From positions 1 to 57,084 of the IMG/VR virus record IMGVR_UViG_3300040047_000001: DNA of 57,084 nucleotides. One strand, given 5' to 3'. The DNA comes from a virus (Duplodnaviria > Caudoviricetes). Positions within the stretch are counted from its first letter, which is position 1; every line of letters begins with the position of its first letter. Shown here piece after piece: positions 19,519 through 26,775 of this stretch. A program made the position numbers and the translations under genes. The notes below the pieces were generated by a model that worked only from the letters and a program-made list of their open reading frames with translations, ran no database searches and was not told where the DNA came from.

Positions 19519-19914
19519 ATGTTCCGTCTCGCTCGTGATCCCGTGATCTACACGAACCTCGTGGCCGCCGTTGTGGTGGTAGTCTCGACGTTCGTCCTGC
19601 CGCTGTCGGCGGACCAGCAGGGCGTGCTGAATGCGCTCGCACTCGCTGCGGCCGGTCTGTGGTCGGGCTGGAAGGTCAGTGACGGCCAGCTGCCGCTCGC
19701 GCTTGGCTTCTTCAAGGCGCTGCTGGCTGTCGCGGTTTCCTTCGGTCTCCACTGGACGCCGGAGCAGCAGATGATCATCGTGGGGCTCGCCGCAGCGATC
19801 GGCGCGGCGTTTTCCCGGACCCAGGTGGGCGCTCCCGTGCCGCCGCCGGCCAGTACTGCTCAGCTGACGGCTGTTGTTTCTCCCGTGGCTGTCATGCGGG
19901 AGAAGCGCCCGTAA
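19519..19914 (+). CDS. Holin
   Basis: Four hydrophobic helices; RDPV start and RTQV-x-P ending typical of actinophage holins. Confidence 0.75.
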   Translation: MFRLARDPVIYTNLVAAVVVVVSTFVLPLSADQQGVLNALALAAAGLWSGWKVSDGQLPLALGFFKALLAVAVSFGLHWTPEQQMIIVGLAAAIGAAFSRTQVGAPVPPPASTAQLTAVVSPVAVMREKRP

Positions 19915-19937
19915 AGCATTACTCACCATTGGGAAAG

Positions 19938-19975
19938 GGAATGGCCCCGGTCGCCTCCACCGGGGCCATTCCTTT
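19938..19975 (+). terminator. Terminator ending the late operon
   Basis: GGAATGGCCCCGGT / ACCGGGGCCATTCC perfect 14-bp stem plus TTT. Confidence 0.85.
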
Positions 19976-19991
19976 GCCCTGATTGAATAGG

Positions 19992-20022
19992 CATCCTAGG
20001 AAGCTAGGTAGGTTTGCAGAAA
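19992..20022. repeat. CATCCTAGG-box upstream element, copy 1
   Basis: 31-nt match (2 mismatches) to 22618-22648. Confidence 0.8.
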
Positions 20023-20068
20023 TAATTGCAGAAAACTCCCATCTAGGGCTAGACGCGCCACTGCTGAA

Positions 20069-20117
20069 TGGCGTAGCTTTGTTGTTGTAAGGGGAACAAC
20101 AAAACTAGACAAGGGGA
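20069..20117 (+). promoter_or_regulatory. Early-type promoter and conserved leader P1
   Basis: TGGCG-TAGCTT-N5-TTGTAAGG...GACAAGGGGA (20108-20117). Confidence 0.8.
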
Positions 20118-20124
20118 TATCGAA

Positions 20125-20598
20125 ATGACCGCCAACAAGAACCTCGCCGCTCGGATCGCTCTTACCGCCACCGTCGCAGCAGGAACGTTCTTCATCTCCG
20201 CCTCTCACATCATCAGCGTTGCAGAAGAGGCCGGCAACCACGGCGCAGCAGCCTTCGTCTACCCGGTAGCAATCGACGCAGTCATCCTGGTCTCGGTGCT
20301 GACGCTGGTGGCGAAGACCGGAGTCAACAGGATGGCGAAGTGGTACGCGACGCTTGGGCGGACGTTCGGCTTTGCCGCCACGATCTACGCGAACGTAGCG
20401 GCAAGCGGATTCGAGAGCGTCAACAACGCGGTCATCAACCTCATCCCCGCGCTCGCCTTGATCATCACGATGGAGCTCCTGGTCCACGCCGCCCAGGCGA
20501 CCCCCGCGACCCGCGCACGGAAGGCCACTAAGAAGGCGACCGTCACGCCGATCCGGGGCCGTCGCGGCGCCACCACGAAGCACTCGCGGACCGCGTAA
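20125..20598 (+). CDS. DUF2637/SpdA-like membrane protein
   Basis: Four TM helices, YPVAID motif, basic tail. Confidence 0.7.
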   Translation: MTANKNLAARIALTATVAAGTFFISASHIISVAEEAGNHGAAAFVYPVAIDAVILVSVLTLVAKTGVNRMAKWYATLGRTFGFAATIYANVAASGFESVNNAVINLIPALALIITMELLVHAAQATPATRARKATKKATVTPIRGRRGATTKHSRTA

Positions 20599-20607
20599 CG
20601 GCAGGCC

Positions 20608-20644
20608 GGAGGCCCTTCTGCAGAAAACTGCAGAGGGGCCTTCC
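20608..20644 (+). terminator. Hairpin overlapping the next promoter
   Basis: GGAGGCCCTTCTGCAG-AAAA-CTGCAGAGGGGCCTTCC. Confidence 0.7.
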
Positions 20645-20658
20645 GTTTGGTGAGCAAC

Positions 20659-20704
20659 TGGCGTAGGATGACCTTGAACAACAAACTAGATACCGACAAG
20701 GGGA
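20659..20704 (+). promoter_or_regulatory. Promoter and conserved leader P2
   Basis: TGGCG-TAGGAT...GACAAGGGGA (20695-20704). Confidence 0.78.
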
Positions 20705-20711
20705 GATCGAG

Positions 20712-21452
20712 ATGTTCAAGCACCCGATGTGCGGCGGCAAGCACGAGACCACTTCCGAGGCTCGCGCTTGTGAGCAGATGGCTCGTGAGCAGATGGCCCG
20801 TTCCGATGCTCGTGCAGAGGGCAGCGCGGACCCTGGGATGGAGAGCAACTGGAGCAGCGCGGACCGCGAGCGCGCCCAAGAGCAGCACGAGTACGACTTC
20901 CAGGATCGTGTTATCGGCACCCCGGATGCAGACCGCTGGAGCAGCGCGGACCGCGAGCGCGCCCAGTTCATGGCCGACCGTGACCGGCGTCCGGTCGACC
21001 GTAGCCAGAACCTTCCGTCGGACGTTCAGGCGCAGGCTCGCCGTGACGCGTACGGCCGTCCGGCCCGTACGGCGACCCTTCCGGCCGTCGTCACCGAGGA
21101 TGGGATATACCTCTCCCCGCTCGGCGAAATCTTCAAGGTCGTCTTCAACAAGGCATCCGGCTCCGGCCGTCGCCTCTACGCCAAGAAGCTCGTGATCTGG
21201 GACGACAACGTCCCCTACTCCGCAGACCTCCTCACCCTGCCTGCCCAGACGGCCACCGGCTCGCGCATGGAGTGGGCCTACACGCCCGGAGCGATGCGCG
21301 AGATCCGCCCGGACTGGAAGATGAACGCTGCCGATGCCGAGCGCTTCGGGAAGCTGTACGGCCGGTGCTTCAAGTGCCACCGGGTGCTGACGAAGGAAGA
21401 GAGCATCGCTCGCTCGATGGGCGACACCTGTGCCGGCAAGCAGGGCTTCTAG
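20712..21452 (+). CDS. DUF6011-like zinc-finger protein
   Basis: C-terminal GRCFKCHRVLT..ESIARSMGDTCA. Confidence 0.75.
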   Translation: MFKHPMCGGKHETTSEARACEQMAREQMARSDARAEGSADPGMESNWSSADRERAQEQHEYDFQDRVIGTPDADRWSSADRERAQFMADRDRRPVDRSQNLPSDVQAQARRDAYGRPARTATLPAVVTEDGIYLSPLGEIFKVVFNKASGSGRRLYAKKLVIWDDNVPYSADLLTLPAQTATGSRMEWAYTPGAMREIRPDWKMNAADAERFGKLYGRCFKCHRVLTKEESIARSMGDTCAGKQGF

Positions 21453-21458
21453 CCCACG

Positions 21459-21493
21459 AGGGGCTGCTGCAGAAAAGTTGCAGCAGCCTCTTC
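21459..21493 (+). terminator. Hairpin overlapping the next promoter
   Basis: AGGGGCTGCTGCAG-AAAAG-TTGCAGCAGCCTCT. Confidence 0.65.
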
Positions 21494-21509
21494 CGTTCGG
21501 GACTGGTGC

Positions 21510-21559
21510 TGGCGTAGGGTAACTGGTGTAAGGCTTCTCCAAAAAACTAGACAAGGGGA
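21510..21559 (+). promoter_or_regulatory. Promoter and conserved leader P3
   Basis: TGGCG-TAGGGT-N6-TGTAAGG...GACAAGGGGA (21550-21559). Confidence 0.8.
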
Positions 21560-21564
21560 TCATC

Positions 21565-22554
21565 ATGAACGACCTCGCAGGCACCATGCGCCGGATCTCG
21601 GGCCTGATCGCAAAGGCGGAGAGCACCGAGTTTCCGGAGGAGGCAACCAGCCTCCGCGCGAAGGCTGAAGAGCTGATGGCGCGCTACCGGATCGAAGAGG
21701 AGGAGCTGATCAGCAGCTCCACCGCCGTCACCATCGCGCCGGTTACTCGCAATGTCCCGCTCACGACTCACCAGTCGCAGTTCCGCAACGAGCACGTTTG
21801 GCTCTGGGCCGCTATCGCTCGGCACTGCGGAATCCGGTATCACGCAACCTACCTCGTTGAGGACAATGAGTATGTATACGTGGCAATGGCAGTCGGCTAC
21901 GACATCGATATCCGGCTCGCCGAGATGCTCTACTCCTCCGCTCGCCTAGTCTTTGGCGCGAACCTGGAGCCCGAAGTCAACCCAAATGAGACGGACGCCC
22001 AGAACATCTACCGGCTCCGCTCGGCAGGGATCGACCGCCAGACGATCGCTGAGCGCGTCTTTGGGCGGAAGGGACATGCGGAGGGCCTGAAGGTTGGCCA
22101 GCTCTACCGTGAGGAGTGCGCGCGGCGCGGCGAAGCGCCGAAGGTTACTGGGCGGAACGTCAACGCGAAGACCTACCGTGAGGCATACGCGCAGGAGTTC
22201 GTCACGGCCTTCAGTAGTCGCCTCCGGGTCGCTCGCGACGCAGCCGATGCTGCGGTGGGTGCCCTGGTGTCCGTAGGGCGGGCTGAGCGTGTTGAGGAGG
22301 CGTTCTATACGCTGTTCCCGGCATACCGACCCCTGCCGCAGCCCGAGGTCGCAGAAGACAAGACAGCCAAGCCTCGCAAAGAGCGTGGCATGACGAAAGC
22401 GGATCTGGCCCGGGTGAACCGTATGTACTTCGGCCCGGCTGCCCAGCTCGCTCGCGGCGCTGCCCGGCAGGCTGCCGAGCACGTGGAGCTTGGGCGCCCG
22501 ACTCCTGCGAAGCGCACCGGCTCGGCGCCCCGGGCGGGTGAGCTGGAGAGGTAG
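21565..22554 (+). CDS. DUF2786-domain protein
   Basis: RRISGLIAKAEST-FPEEA...KAEELMARYRI is the DUF2786 signature. Confidence 0.85.
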   Translation: MNDLAGTMRRISGLIAKAESTEFPEEATSLRAKAEELMARYRIEEEELISSSTAVTIAPVTRNVPLTTHQSQFRNEHVWLWAAIARHCGIRYHATYLVEDNEYVYVAMAVGYDIDIRLAEMLYSSARLVFGANLEPEVNPNETDAQNIYRLRSAGIDRQTIAERVFGRKGHAEGLKVGQLYREECARRGEAPKVTGRNVNAKTYREAYAQEFVTAFSSRLRVARDAADAAVGALVSVGRAERVEEAFYTLFPAYRPLPQPEVAEDKTAKPRKERGMTKADLARVNRMYFGPAAQLARGAARQAAEHVELGRPTPAKRTGSAPRAGELER

Positions 22555-22568
22555 GATAGAGCTGCAGG

Positions 22569-22602
22569 AGGGCCCACCAGGTCAACCCCGGTGGGCCTTT
22601 TT
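22569..22602 (+). terminator. Intrinsic terminator
   Basis: GGCCCACC / GGTGGGCC plus TTTTT. Confidence 0.8.
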
Positions 22603-22617
22603 GCTGGTCATAACAAC

Positions 22618-22648
22618 CATCCTAGGAGGCTAGGTAGGTTTGCAAAAA
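22618..22648. repeat. CATCCTAGG-box upstream element, copy 2
   Basis: CATCCTAGGAGGCTAGGTAGGTTTGCAAAAA. Confidence 0.8.
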
Positions 22649-22692
22649 ATCTTGAAACTTTTTCTGCAGAAAGTCCCCGAAAGGCCCCATCC

Positions 22693-22739
22693 TGGCGTAG
22701 GATGGTTCTTGTAAGGCGATAGCGAAAACGACAAGGGGA
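22693..22739 (+). promoter_or_regulatory. Promoter and conserved leader P4
   Basis: TGGCG-TAGGAT-N5-TTGTAAGG...GACAAGGGGA (22730-22739). Confidence 0.8.
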
Positions 22740-22740
22740 G

Positions 22741-23328
22741 ATGGTTAAGATGGCGAAGTCGACACGGTGCTCGATCTGCGAGAAGCGCCCGGTTGGTAAC
22801 GAGGCGAAGATGGGCGGGCACGCGGACTACTGCAACGCCTGCTTCGAAGAGGCGAGCTGGGAGAACACCCACACCGACCAGGGCCACGAGACCTGCCCGA
22901 CGCTCGAAGAGATCAACGACCCGAGTGCGGAGTGGACGAGCGAGAACGACAAGCAGGACGCTCTCGACGTTCGCGCCGAGATGGCCGACTGCTGGATCTG
23001 CAACCCGGAGCTCAACGAAGCGCAGAAGGAGTACCGCGAGCGTCAGGGTTCCAGCCGGGTCGGGATGACGATCCACGTATCGATCCGCGCGGCTGGCGTC
23101 ACGAAGGCCGAAGAGACCGCAGCGCAGCTGGACGAGAGCTACGAAGCCAAGATCTCGAAGCCGACCAAGCGCAACGGCCAGACCACGAAGCTGACCTTCG
23201 TCTCCACCATCCAGACCTTCATCCTCTCCTGGGACGCTCGGGGCCGTTTCGTTACCGGCTCGGTGACGGAGAACGGCAAGACCCGCAAGGTCCGGAACGT
23301 CTCCGAGGCGCTTCGCCTCGCGCGGTAG
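22741..23328 (+). CDS. Cys-rich hypothetical protein (start may be ATG 22750)
   Basis: CSIC, CNAC, CWIC motifs; follows the conserved leader. Confidence 0.8.
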   Translation: MVKMAKSTRCSICEKRPVGNEAKMGGHADYCNACFEEASWENTHTDQGHETCPTLEEINDPSAEWTSENDKQDALDVRAEMADCWICNPELNEAQKEYRERQGSSRVGMTIHVSIRAAGVTKAEETAAQLDESYEAKISKPTKRNGQTTKLTFVSTIQTFILSWDARGRFVTGSVTENGKTRKVRNVSEALRLAR

Positions 23329-23343
23329 GACCCACGATCTCCA

Positions 23344-23377
23344 GGCCCGCTCTCCGGAGCGGGCCAAGATCGTTTTT
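23344..23377 (+). terminator. Stem-loop terminator
   Basis: GGCCCGCTC-TCCG-GAGCGGGCC followed by a T-run. Confidence 0.65.
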
Positions 23378-23390
23378 CGATCTTCTGCAG

Positions 23391-23431
23391 CATCCTAGCC
23401 TCCTAGGATGCTTTGCAAAAATGTCAAGATT
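23391..23431. repeat. CATCCTAG inverted-repeat box plus TGCAAAAATGTCAAGATT
   Basis: CATCCTAG-CCTC-CTAGGATG; inverted copy of the 22618 box. Confidence 0.75.
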
Positions 23432-23480
23432 GTTGCGGGTTTTCAGCAGAAAACTGCGCATATGGAGGTAGGGTTGTGGT

Positions 23481-24101
23481 GTGACGAAATACGAGATCCG
23501 ATGCCCCGGCTCCTTCCGCTCTGGAGTAGCCTTCCTGGATCTGGAGACCGTGAAAGTTCCGGCTCCTGAGGATTACCGGATGCCCTCCGGCGAGGCGCTG
23601 CGGAACCGTTGGTCTGTCGCGCTAGCAGGCGTGGCCCGCGACGGCTCGATCTCGATTGTGGACCCTGCTGGGGATGAAGCGCTGGGGCTGGAGGAGCTGG
23701 CTGAACTGCTCGCGGGAGCAGAGTCCGTCGCCTACGGTGCGACGCGCGAGTTTGACGAGATGATCTGCCGGGGCCGCTTTACGAACGCCCGGCGCGCTCA
23801 CCTTCCAGTTCCGACCTTCCCCGCAGTTCCGGGAGCAGAGGCGCTGTCCTGGAGGAACGTCGGTGTGGCGAAGTCTTATGGCGACGAGATCCGTGGTGAC
23901 GACATCCTCTCGCGAGAGGTGCCGCGCGGACTCTACGATGGCCGTAGGGACGCCGTTATGGTTCATCTGCTCCGCGACGTTGCGGAGCTGATACTGCGCG
24001 ACGGCGAGCCAGACGAAGCTTGCCGCGATTGGTGCGAGTGGGTCCTGGTGAACTTCGACTTCGCGCTCCTGGCGCTCCAACGGGTCGGCGCAGCATCCTA
24101 G
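23481..24101 (+). CDS. Putative RNase H-fold 3'-5' exonuclease-like protein
   Basis: AFLDLET (Exo I-like), REFD and HLLRDV (Exo III-like); GTG 6 nt after a TAGGGT -10. Confidence 0.5.
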   Translation: MTKYEIRCPGSFRSGVAFLDLETVKVPAPEDYRMPSGEALRNRWSVALAGVARDGSISIVDPAGDEALGLEELAELLAGAESVAYGATREFDEMICRGRFTNARRAHLPVPTFPAVPGAEALSWRNVGVAKSYGDEIRGDDILSREVPRGLYDGRRDAVMVHLLRDVAELILRDGEPDEACRDWCEWVLVNFDFALLALQRVGAAS

Positions 24102-24127
24102 GATGATCTGTAAAAAGTGTCAAGATT
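24094..24127. repeat. CATCCTAGGATG palindrome plus TGTAAAAAGTGTCAAGATT
   Basis: Perfect 12-bp palindrome; downstream segment shared with 23414-23431. Confidence 0.75.
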
Positions 24128-24159
24128 TATGCGCACTAGCGCCCCGAAACACCAGTTGG

Positions 24160-24202
24160 TGGCGTAGAGTAATTGTTGTAAGGCGAGGCGACGACAAGGG
24201 GA
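24160..24202 (+). promoter_or_regulatory. Promoter and conserved leader P6
   Basis: TGGCG-TAGAGT-N5-TTGTAAGG...GACAAGGGGA (24193-24202). Confidence 0.8.
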
Positions 24203-24209
24203 GCGCGAG

Positions 24210-24452
24210 ATGCCGAAGATCGAGATGCTGAACGACGAAGGCAACGTGACCGAAGTTGTGTTGGATGTTCATCGTTGCGTCGGCGATTCGACCGAATGCG
24301 AGCCGGACGGCGCGATGTGCGAAGATTGCGGCCGTTATGCGACGGCTGAAACTCCAGTCTATGTTTGGACCACGCGCCTGCTTGCCAGACTGACCTACTT
24401 CGCCTGCAGTCGCTGCCTCGCGGCCGACGCCTATGCCCGCCTGATCAACTAG
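24210..24452 (+). CDS. Small zinc-finger protein
   Basis: CEDC...CSRC; conserved leader. Confidence 0.75.
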   Translation: MPKIEMLNDEGNVTEVVLDVHRCVGDSTECEPDGAMCEDCGRYATAETPVYVWTTRLLARLTYFACSRCLAADAYARLIN

Positions 24453-24468
24453 ACAAGGGGAGCGCGAG

Positions 24469-25593
24469 ATGACCACCACCGTTCGCAAGGGGGCCGGACG
24501 TCCGGCTGCGACCGAAAAATCCAACCGGCACGCGCAGCGCACCCCGCTTCCGCCGAAGGCCGGAGCCGTTCAGGATGCGAAAGACGTCATCACCGAAGTC
24601 GTCGAAAAGAACCAGACGATCGGCGCCGAGATGGCGAGCCGGAAGCCTCAGGCGAAGCGCAACGCGCAGGATCGGCGCCTGGCGGCTGGTGCGATTCGCG
24701 AGGCGCCCGTGGAGGAGCTGCCGAGCGCGAAATACGGGATGATGACGGTCGTGGAGCTTCGGAAGATCGCGGGCGGGCTGCTGGTGAAGGGCGCTCGCTC
24801 GATGAAGAAGGGTGATCTGCTCACCGCCATCTTAGAGGCAGAGACTGCAGCCGCCAAGGCGCAGACGCCGGAACGCGTAGTGCGGGCAGAGGCGAAGGTG
24901 ACCCAGGCACTCACGAAGGACACGAAGGCTGCTGCGATCGATGCCGCGTTCGACGCCTTCCACGCGTTCGGCTCACCGCAGGACGCGGAAGTGACGAAGG
25001 AGCTGGCACAGGACACCACCTCGAAGAGCGGCGCGAAGGCGCAGACTTTCCTCGCCGAGGCGGCCCGGCTCGGCTGGGACTCCAGCGGCTACGACATCCG
25101 TCCCGGGGACCGCGCCAGCTTGACCGTGAAGCGGGGAAGCGAGTCGATCGATATCGAGTGGCTCGCCGGAGTCTTCCAGGGGGACACGTGCTACTACCAC
25201 CACGTCGGGCGGACCGCCATCAAGCTCCGGAACGCCAGCGCAGCGAAGATGCGGATGGCCATCCCGCCCGCTCAAGCTGACCAGGAGGCCCAGAAAGTGA
25301 CTGCACACAAGTCGGTCCGCCCAAAAGCAGGAAAGGCGCCTAGCACCATGCGTAGCCTGCCGTTCACCGAAGCCTCGCTGGACCAGGAGGTGCTGGACGC
25401 ACTCTACGGGAAGGAGATCACCTGGACCAACCGCATCTCGGGTGAGCCGCAGACTGAGCGCGTGCCTGGGCTCGCCCGGAAGCCGAGCCATGCACCCCGC
25501 ATCAGCGATGGGCCGGACGGCCGCGTGATCAACTTCGTAGGCTCTGCTGGCTTCACCACCGTACTGCTGTCCCAGATCACACGAGTTCGCTAG
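24469..25593 (+). CDS. Hypothetical protein with Rho-N/HeH-like nucleic-acid-binding motif
   Basis: MTVVELRKIA...ARSMKKGDLLTAIL; leader GACAAGGGGAGCGCGAGATG identical to that of the previous gene. Confidence 0.75.
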   Translation: MTTTVRKGAGRPAATEKSNRHAQRTPLPPKAGAVQDAKDVITEVVEKNQTIGAEMASRKPQAKRNAQDRRLAAGAIREAPVEELPSAKYGMMTVVELRKIAGGLLVKGARSMKKGDLLTAILEAETAAAKAQTPERVVRAEAKVTQALTKDTKAAAIDAAFDAFHAFGSPQDAEVTKELAQDTTSKSGAKAQTFLAEAARLGWDSSGYDIRPGDRASLTVKRGSESIDIEWLAGVFQGDTCYYHHVGRTAIKLRNASAAKMRMAIPPAQADQEAQKVTAHKSVRPKAGKAPSTMRSLPFTEASLDQEVLDALYGKEITWTNRISGEPQTERVPGLARKPSHAPRISDGPDGRVINFVGSAGFTTVLLSQITRVR

Positions 25594-25605
25594 GGAGAGG
25601 CGAAA

Positions 25606-26115
25606 GTGAAACGTGTAATAGCCATCATTGCAGCTCTCATCCTGCTGCCTATGGCTGCAGCGGCAGACTGCAAGAAGGACGGGCCGGGTACCCCCAGCTA
25701 CAACGCACGGCACCACATCGACCCGTCGCAGCACGCCATGCCAAACCCGGACCCGAGGCCGGAGCGGCGCAAATTGGGCCGTCCGCCGACCGGGAAGTCA
25801 GTTACGTTCTGGGTAACGGCAGACAAGTCTATGGGCAGCCTGATCGTGACCTCGAAGGTCGGCGACGGTGAGTACCAGACGCGCCACGTGACGGGCCACG
25901 ACGCCTGGGGGACGTTCGCTACTGTAGGAACGCCAGTCTCCCTGTTGGCAGCCCCCGACGAGAAGCCGAAGGCAGATGGGACCTTCAAGCACGGTCGGAT
26001 AACCATCCGCATCACGCGCGAGCCTGCCAGCCAGGCAGAAGGCGGAGCCATCATCTGCCAGGACGACAACGCCGCATCCCTTACCGGCGGAGCGGAGTGC
26101 GCCGGTACGGTCTAG
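25606..26115 (+). CDS. Secreted or lipoprotein-like protein
   Basis: Signal peptide MKRVIAIIAALILLPMAAAADC; C-terminal Cys pair. Confidence 0.7.
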   Translation: MKRVIAIIAALILLPMAAAADCKKDGPGTPSYNARHHIDPSQHAMPNPDPRPERRKLGRPPTGKSVTFWVTADKSMGSLIVTSKVGDGEYQTRHVTGHDAWGTFATVGTPVSLLAAPDEKPKADGTFKHGRITIRITREPASQAEGGAIICQDDNAASLTGGAECAGTV

Positions 26116-26164
26116 CAAATTGCTGAAGATTGTGGTGCTCCGGGGTAGCGCCCGGAGCACCACC

Positions 26165-26209
26165 TGGAGTAACGTCTTTGTTGTAAGGCAAATTCAGACG
26201 ACAAGGGGA
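26165..26209 (+). promoter_or_regulatory. Promoter and conserved leader P7
   Basis: TGGAG-TAACGT-N5-TTGTAAGG...GACAAGGGGA (26200-26209). Confidence 0.75.
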
Positions 26210-26216
26210 GCTCAAG

Positions 26217-26549
26217 ATGATCGCCAAGGTCTCACGTCGCACCGCCTCCGGTGAAGACAAGCGCGGCAACTCGAAGGATCGCGCAGCCCGGAAGAACTGG
26301 ATGCTGAAGACGTGGGGCGACGGCGAGAAGTGCGACTGCGTTCACTGCGGCGAGCTCCTCAGCTATGAGACTGTGCAGGCCGATCGCATCGCTCCCGGTG
26401 GCACCTACCGCCGATCGAACGTTCAGCCCTCGTGCGCTCGCTGCAACCGCCGTCGCTCCAACAACACCGCATGGATCAGCCCGTTGATGGCCCGCCTCGC
26501 GAAGTCGGCGAACGCGACGGCCGCAGATCTCAAGGAGCAGGGGAAGTAA
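26217..26549 (+). CDS. HNH endonuclease
   Basis: CVHC...ADRIAPGGTY..SNVQPSCARCN. Confidence 0.85.
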   Translation: MIAKVSRRTASGEDKRGNSKDRAARKNWMLKTWGDGEKCDCVHCGELLSYETVQADRIAPGGTYRRSNVQPSCARCNRRRSNNTAWISPLMARLAKSANATAADLKEQGK

Positions 26550-26773
26550 TGGCTGGAGAATGGCACGACATGCGGACCGACGCTGAGCGACTGAAGGAGC
26601 TGTACGAACGTCTCGACACCGTCTGGGGCGGGCTTAACGACGGCATCCCGACGACGGACTCGCAGGACCACCTCTCGCAGGAGTTCCTGGCGCTGCTGGA
26701 TGACCTTGCGCGCGGCGCGCAGTCGAGTGATATGTGGGCTGTCGTGGCTCATTGGGCCGGAGAAAGGGCGTAG
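26549..26773 (+). CDS. Hypothetical protein
   Basis: TAATG coupling; 3' part of ORF 26432-26773. Confidence 0.6.
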   Translation: MAGEWHDMRTDAERLKELYERLDTVWGGLNDGIPTTDSQDHLSQEFLALLDDLARGAQSSDMWAVVAHWAGERA

Positions 26774-26775
26774 CC

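Noticed and set aside
20385-21626. Long minus-strand ORFs (also 837-1799, 47284-48180, 48308-49336, 51976-53034)
   Set aside because: Antisense shadows of high-GC genes, with no motifs or RBS
19992-26216. CRISPR array or integron attC-type array
   Set aside because: Repeats are degenerate, separated by whole genes and shaped like promoters; no cas operon or integrase is present
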